Origin: Candidatus Paceibacter sp. | GTDB lineage: Bacteria; Patescibacteriota; Patescibacteriia; S139-126 | Length of the DNA stretch: 64,000 nucleotides | NCBI GenBank assembly: GCA_020724865.1 | Contig: DYGA01000001.1 | Location: 835-64,834, forward strand | Direction of reading: 5' to 3' | In this document: in pieces, positions 59,542 through 64,000 of the stretch | Layout of the letters: each line of letters opens with the position of its first letter | Position numbering within the stretch: position 1 is the stretch's first letter | The notes under the pieces: generated by a model | The model's database searches: none | Seen by the model: only the letters and a program-made list of their open reading frames with translations | Told to the model about the DNA's origin: nothing | Position numbers and translations under genes: made by a program

Positions 59542-59906
59542 TTTATATTTAATCTTCTCAATAGCTGTTTGGCGAGTCGCACAATTTGTGCATTTGTCAT
59601 TCGGTTAATAGCTTTATCAGTTTTAATTTTAATTTGTTTTTCATTCAATTCAACAAATCTTTCGTGCAGCATTTCGTGGATATAAACTTCAGCCAAAAAC
59701 AAATGCAGATTAATAAAAATTTTTTCTTGAAAATAATCTATTTCGCCAAAAGTATTTTTATCAAGCCATTTAAACTGAACTTCATATTCACTTTTCCTAA
59801 GCAAAATTTCATAAATTGATCTTTTTAATAACTTTTTTTTCATTATCCACTCCTTTTTGTTTTTAAAGAATTTATCTACTTTAAAATTAAAAATTAAATT
59901 TGTCAA
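59526..59906 (-). CDS. Small protein with HExxH zincin-like motif (start may be MKKKLL near 59843)
   Basis: FGEID...IFIN...EVYIHEMLH. Confidence 0.55.
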   Translation of the reverse strand: MTNLIFNFKVDKFFKNKKEWIMKKKLLKRSIYEILLRKSEYEVQFKWLDKNTFGEIDYFQEKIFINLHLFLAEVYIHEMLHERFVELNEKQIKIKTDKAINRMTNAQIVRLAKQLLRRLNINKTAF

Positions 59907-60144
59907 ATAAAAATAATCAAATTTAAATATAAATGTAAAATTATTAAATTTTTATTTTTAATAATTAATATTATTAAATTTCAAGTTTGTTTTTAATTGA
60001 CAAAACCTACTATCCATGCCATACTCAAATCAAGCAAGTGATTCTATTTTATATTTGCTTACACAAATAATTTAATTAATAGTGTGTAAGTTACATAAAT
60101 AGTTAGGTCGCTCTTGCGAATTTATTTGTGTAAGTTAAATTACT

Positions 60145-60471
60145 ATGGCAAAAAAACTATACGTCGGTGGATTGTCCTATAATACCACTCAAGAAGGTTT
60201 GCGTGATGCTTTTGCGCAAGCTGGTAATGTAGAGTCAGCCATCATCATTACAGACAAAATGTCAGGCCGTTCCAAAGGTTTTGGTTTTGTAGAAATGTCT
60301 ACTGATGAAGAGGCAGACAATGCTATAACTACTTTCAATGGCAAAGAACTTGATGGCCGCACTATAACTGTAAGTGAAGCCCGGCCAATGACCGATCGCC
60401 CTCGCCGTGATTTTGGAAATCGTGGGCGTGGCTTTGGCGGCGGTGGTAACCGACAAAAAAACTGGAACTAA
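60145..60471 (+). CDS. RRM-domain RNA-binding protein
   Basis: RNP2 LYVGGL, RNP1 KGFGFVEM, Gly/Arg tail. Confidence 0.93.
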   Translation: MAKKLYVGGLSYNTTQEGLRDAFAQAGNVESAIIITDKMSGRSKGFGFVEMSTDEEADNAITTFNGKELDGRTITVSEARPMTDRPRRDFGNRGRGFGGGGNRQKNWN

Positions 60472-60484
60472 TTATTCCTTTTGT

Positions 60485-60512
60485 AAAAAACCTCCCTACG
60501 GGGAGGTTTTTT
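60485..60512. terminator. Bidirectional terminator
   Basis: aaaaacctccc-tacg-gggaggttttt. Confidence 0.75.
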
Positions 60513-60514
60513 TA

Positions 60515-60829
60515 TTACCACAACACTTCGATTATTTGTTGTTTTGCTATTGGCTCATCAATATCCGGAAATTTAAGATGAGGATATTTTGCTGCCTCAG
60601 GTTTACATTTAGGGCAATACGGCCTGCTAATTATTTGTCTAAATATTTTATTTTTATCTTTAACCAGCATCTCAATATCTAACCATTCTATTATCTTATG
60701 GGTATAAAGGCAGCGCCAATACATTGAACCATGTGGTGATTTTTTATCTTCAAAAATACCAGCGTGAATATGCAAATATGCTAAATCAATTTTTAAAACG
60801 AACATAAGCCCTCCTATTGTTTTCCTCAA
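60515..60829 (-). CDS. Hypothetical protein, possible Zn-binding (H..H, C, CPKC)
   Basis: ORF between two terminators. Confidence 0.45.
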   Translation of the reverse strand: MRKTIGGLMFVLKIDLAYLHIHAGIFEDKKSPHGSMYWRCLYTHKIIEWLDIEMLVKDKNKIFRQIISRPYCPKCKPEAAKYPHLKFPDIDEPIAKQQIIEVLW

Positions 60830-60879
60830 CTTAACATAAACAAAAAAAATAGAAAAGCCCTCAATTTTGAGGACTTTAT

Positions 60880-61488
60880 TTAAATTATTTTTTTTATGTT
60901 TTCTCGATGAGCAATCAAAATCATGATGGTTATACCTATAATAAATAAGGTAATTTCAAAGTTATCTTGATTAAAACCACCACCAAAAATAATTTTTACA
61001 ATAACAGCTGAAATAGCTGCAATCATTGAACCTAAAGCAACTTTTTGTGAAGCTATTTTTGGGGAACCAAATTTTTTGGCAAGTAGTATGGTTATAACAA
61101 AAACCAAAAGTATGACAATAATAAACCAATCTGGGGTAAGACCTAAAAGTACACCAAGTGAAGTGGCAACAACTTTACCACCTTTAAAATTCAACCAAAC
61201 CGATTTAAAGTGTCCAACAATAGCAAAACTCCCAGCCAAAATATAATAACCTACCTTAGGTTCTATAAAAAGCAAGTTGACCAAACTGATAGCCGCAAAT
61301 CCTTTTACTACATCTAAAATTAAGGTTAGCGCACCCCATTTGGCACCTAAAGCCCTGGTTACATTGGCAGCACCAATATTACCACTGCCAACTTTTTGTA
61401 TATCAACTTTGTTGTATTTGGCTATCAAATAGCCAAAAGGTATACTTCCTAATAAATATGAGATGATGATTAATATTACAAATTCCAC
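60880..61488 (-). CDS. plsY: Glycerol-3-phosphate acyltransferase PlsY
   Basis: YLLGSIPFG, GSGNIGAANVTR, LDVVKG, GH..S..L.FKGGK.VAT, HRENI. Confidence 0.9.
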   Translation of the reverse strand: MEFVILIIISYLLGSIPFGYLIAKYNKVDIQKVGSGNIGAANVTRALGAKWGALTLILDVVKGFAAISLVNLLFIEPKVGYYILAGSFAIVGHFKSVWLNFKGGKVVATSLGVLLGLTPDWFIIVILLVFVITILLAKKFGSPKIASQKVALGSMIAAISAVIVKIIFGGGFNQDNFEITLFIIGITIMILIAHRENIKKII

Positions 61489-61559
61489 TGGTACCTCCGT
61501 TTTATTTTTTAAAGAAATTGAATTAAATTATCTTATATCTAAAATATTTTTTTGGCAAG

Positions 61560-61820
61560 AAAAAAACCCGTCCGTAGACAGATTTCTAAGTGTTATAGAA
61601 ATGTCCAATGGGACGGGTTTAAATGAATCTTGTTGAGCTCTTGCGGAAAAAATTATTTAAGAAATGTGGTTTCTTCGAAGTCGTTCAACATAACATTTAT
61701 TTTTTGATTGATCACTTATACATCTTTTTTTTCCGCATCGCGAATTAATTTTCCCTAATTGGGATTTTTTCCCTTAAAAGGGATTTTTAAATAACAAGAT
61801 TCAATTTCCTTTCGGTAATC
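61560..61820 (-). ncRNA. Candidate ~255 nt structured non-coding RNA
   Basis: Nested stems tgaatcttgtt/aacaagattca and tgcggaaaaaa/ttttttccgca; terminator acccgtcc/ggacgggt + U6; weak TTGACC promoter near 61848-61853. Confidence 0.45.
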
Positions 61821-61970
61821 AATACCTTACACTATTGAAACTTTGTGGTCAAGCACAGCTTTTGAATAACCTGTTGATAACTTTATAAAACCTAATAAAA
61901 ACTAAAGAATTATTGTGATTTAATAGAATATTATGCTACATTATGCTACACTATCGTTTAGACTAAATTT

Positions 61971-63713
61971 ATGAAATTATTTTGGCAATATCTAAAAAAT
62001 TATAAGGGGATATTTATTTTATCTCTTTTTTTGGCGCTGATTAATCGGGTATTTTCTTTGTTAGATCCGCAAATTTTTCGTTTAATCATTGATCGTTATG
62101 CGACCAAGTTTAATGAACTATCAAAAGATGAATTTTTATATGGGGTGCTTGGTCTTTTACTGCTAGCCATTGGCGTGGCTTTGGTCTCGCGGATTGCCAA
62201 AAATTTTCAAGACTACTATGTAAGTATGATAACGCAAAAATTGGGCGCCAAACTTTATGCTGATAGTGTACAACATGCTTTATCCCTACCTTACATGGAA
62301 TTTGAAGATCAACGCAGTGGCGAATTGTTGCAAAACTTAAACAAAGCCCGACATGATGCAGAAAAATTAATTCGCAGTCTAATTGATATTTTATTTTTCT
62401 CACTAATTGGTATCTTGTTTGTTTTAGGATATGCTTGGTTTGTTCACTGGTCTTTGGGTTTAATTTTTATATTAATTATTCCTACTCTTAGTGCCATAAC
62501 TTTTTATATCAGCCGTAAAATAAAACAGGCACAAACTGATATAATTTTAGAAAAAGCTGACTTAGCTGGTTCAACTACTGAAACCATTCGCAATGTTGAA
62601 TTGGTAAAAAGTTTGGGATTAGAAAATCAAGAAATTATTAGATTAAATAATGTTAATGAAAAAATTTTAGAATTGGAATTAAAAAAAATAAAATTGGTCC
62701 GCACCATGAGTTTTATTCAAGGAACCCTAATTAACCTACTTCGATCTGCTATGCTACTACTAATGTTATGGTTAATATATTTACAAATTATTTCTTTGGG
62801 TGAATTTTTTACTTTACTTTTTTATTCATTTTTAATATTTACCCCTCTGACTGATTTGGGCCAATTGATTACTGATTATCGTGAAGCTCAAGCCAGTGGT
62901 GATATCTTACAAACAATATTAAATAAACCGACAGATAAATCTCCCTCCCAACCTAATAATTTAGGAAAATTAAAAGAAATAAAATTTGTTGATGTTGATT
63001 TTGTATATAAATCAAGTAAAGATCCATCGGTAAAAAATATAAATCTGGAAATTAAAGCTGGGCAAACTGTGGCTTTTGTTGGGCCCAGCGGATCAGGTAA
63101 AACTACTTTGATAAAACTTTTAGTTGGCCTTTATAAACCTACTCGGGGAAAAATTTATTACAATCAAATTGAAAATAGTAATTTAAATTTTACTCAACTC
63201 CGTCAACGTATCGGTTTGGTGGCTCAAGAAACTCAGCTTTTCGCCGGCACTATCAGAGAAAATTTAATTTTTACCAATCCCCAAGCTTCCACTGAAGATT
63301 GTCTAAATGCTATGAAGTCAGCCGCGGTTGATAATATTTTAACTAGAGATAAGCTCGGCCTTGATGCTAAAATTGGCGAAGGCGGATTGAAACTATCAGG
63401 GGGCGAAAAACAAAGATTGGCTATTGCCCGGGCCCTATTAAGAAAACCAGAAATTTTAATTTTTGATGAAGCTACCAGCAACTTAGATACAGTTACCGAA
63501 AACGCCATAACCAAAACTATCAAAGAAATAGAACAAAAAAATCCTGACCTGATCAGGATTTTAGTGGCCCATCGACTTACCACTATCATGCATGCTGATA
63601 TAATTTATCTAATGCAAAATGGACAAATTATTGCCAAAGGCAGTCATTCTGAATTGCTAAAGAGCAACCTTCTCTATCAATCCTTATGGCAACAACAAGA
63701 TAACAATATTTAA
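61971..63713 (+). CDS. ABC exporter, fused permease/ATPase (MsbA-like)
   Basis: 6 TM + GPSGSGKTT, LSGGEKQR, FDEATS. Confidence 0.93.
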   Translation: MKLFWQYLKNYKGIFILSLFLALINRVFSLLDPQIFRLIIDRYATKFNELSKDEFLYGVLGLLLLAIGVALVSRIAKNFQDYYVSMITQKLGAKLYADSVQHALSLPYMEFEDQRSGELLQNLNKARHDAEKLIRSLIDILFFSLIGILFVLGYAWFVHWSLGLIFILIIPTLSAITFYISRKIKQAQTDIILEKADLAGSTTETIRNVELVKSLGLENQEIIRLNNVNEKILELELKKIKLVRTMSFIQGTLINLLRSAMLLLMLWLIYLQIISLGEFFTLLFYSFLIFTPLTDLGQLITDYREAQASGDILQTILNKPTDKSPSQPNNLGKLKEIKFVDVDFVYKSSKDPSVKNINLEIKAGQTVAFVGPSGSGKTTLIKLLVGLYKPTRGKIYYNQIENSNLNFTQLRQRIGLVAQETQLFAGTIRENLIFTNPQASTEDCLNAMKSAAVDNILTRDKLGLDAKIGEGGLKLSGGEKQRLAIARALLRKPEILIFDEATSNLDTVTENAITKTIKEIEQKNPDLIRILVAHRLTTIMHADIIYLMQNGQIIAKGSHSELLKSNLLYQSLWQQQDNNI

Positions 63714-64000
63714 CCTAACAATTTTTTAACCTTGTCTACTAAATCGGTTAAATGAATATCTATTTTTAACCAATAATCTATCGCCCCTAATTCTTTGGCT
63801 CTTTTTATCCACTTATCATCATCTATATTGGATAAAATAACCACCTTTTGTTCACTCAATTTGCCTTGGCGATTTAAACTTTCCAAAACTACAAATCCAT
63901 CTTTATTTGGCATTTGCATATCCAACAAAATCAAATCAAAACGATCTTTATTTATTTTTTCTAATGCTTCTTCTCCATCCTGAGCTGGCTCAACCGTAAA
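63710..64000 (-). CDS. Response regulator receiver protein (5' end outside window)
   Basis: AQDGEEALE..FDLILLDMQMPNKDG..VILSN..GAIDYWLK. Confidence 0.85.
   Translation of the reverse strand, partial: FTVEPAQDGEEALEKINKDRFDLILLDMQMPNKDGFVVLESLNRQGKLSEQKVVILSNIDDDKWIKRAKELGAIDYWLKIDIHLTDLVDKVKKLLG

Overview
Low-GC chromosomal segment read in genetic code 11. It is most likely from a Patescibacteria/CPR (Parcubacteria-type) bacterium; this is inferred from gene content. Core genes are lemA-htpX-clpC-comF, recG, radA, rsmA, leuS, comM, lspA, pnp, rpsO, a Xer recombinase, cbiM/PDGLE, plsY, an ABC exporter and four tRNAs (Ser-GCT, Arg-GCG, Arg-TCT, His-GTG). A ~24 kb minus-strand cluster (12.5-36.9 kb) encodes the Patescibacteria-type T4SS: VirB4, PrgI, VirB6-like, VirB8-like, two pilin-domain fusions (one carrying a lytic transglycosylase), an SxxC DsbA-like protein and a 2358-aa Cys-rich surface protein. 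It ends in radA. Several things are not explained by standard annotation. (1) Inverted heptamer-repeat stems fill many gene junctions, and one holds a 23S-IVP-like four-helix-bundle gene in its loop. (2) A co-oriented, decaying cassette-like array follows tRNA-His, with repeated junction modules. (3) There are several 250-340 nt promoter-driven, highly structured ORF-free RNA candidates. (4) The ORF track misses several pseudogenes and small genes, including a tsaC/Sua5 relic, a NUDIX-like gene and a chimeric S-layer-like gene split by TAG. All calls are by eye; no searches were run.
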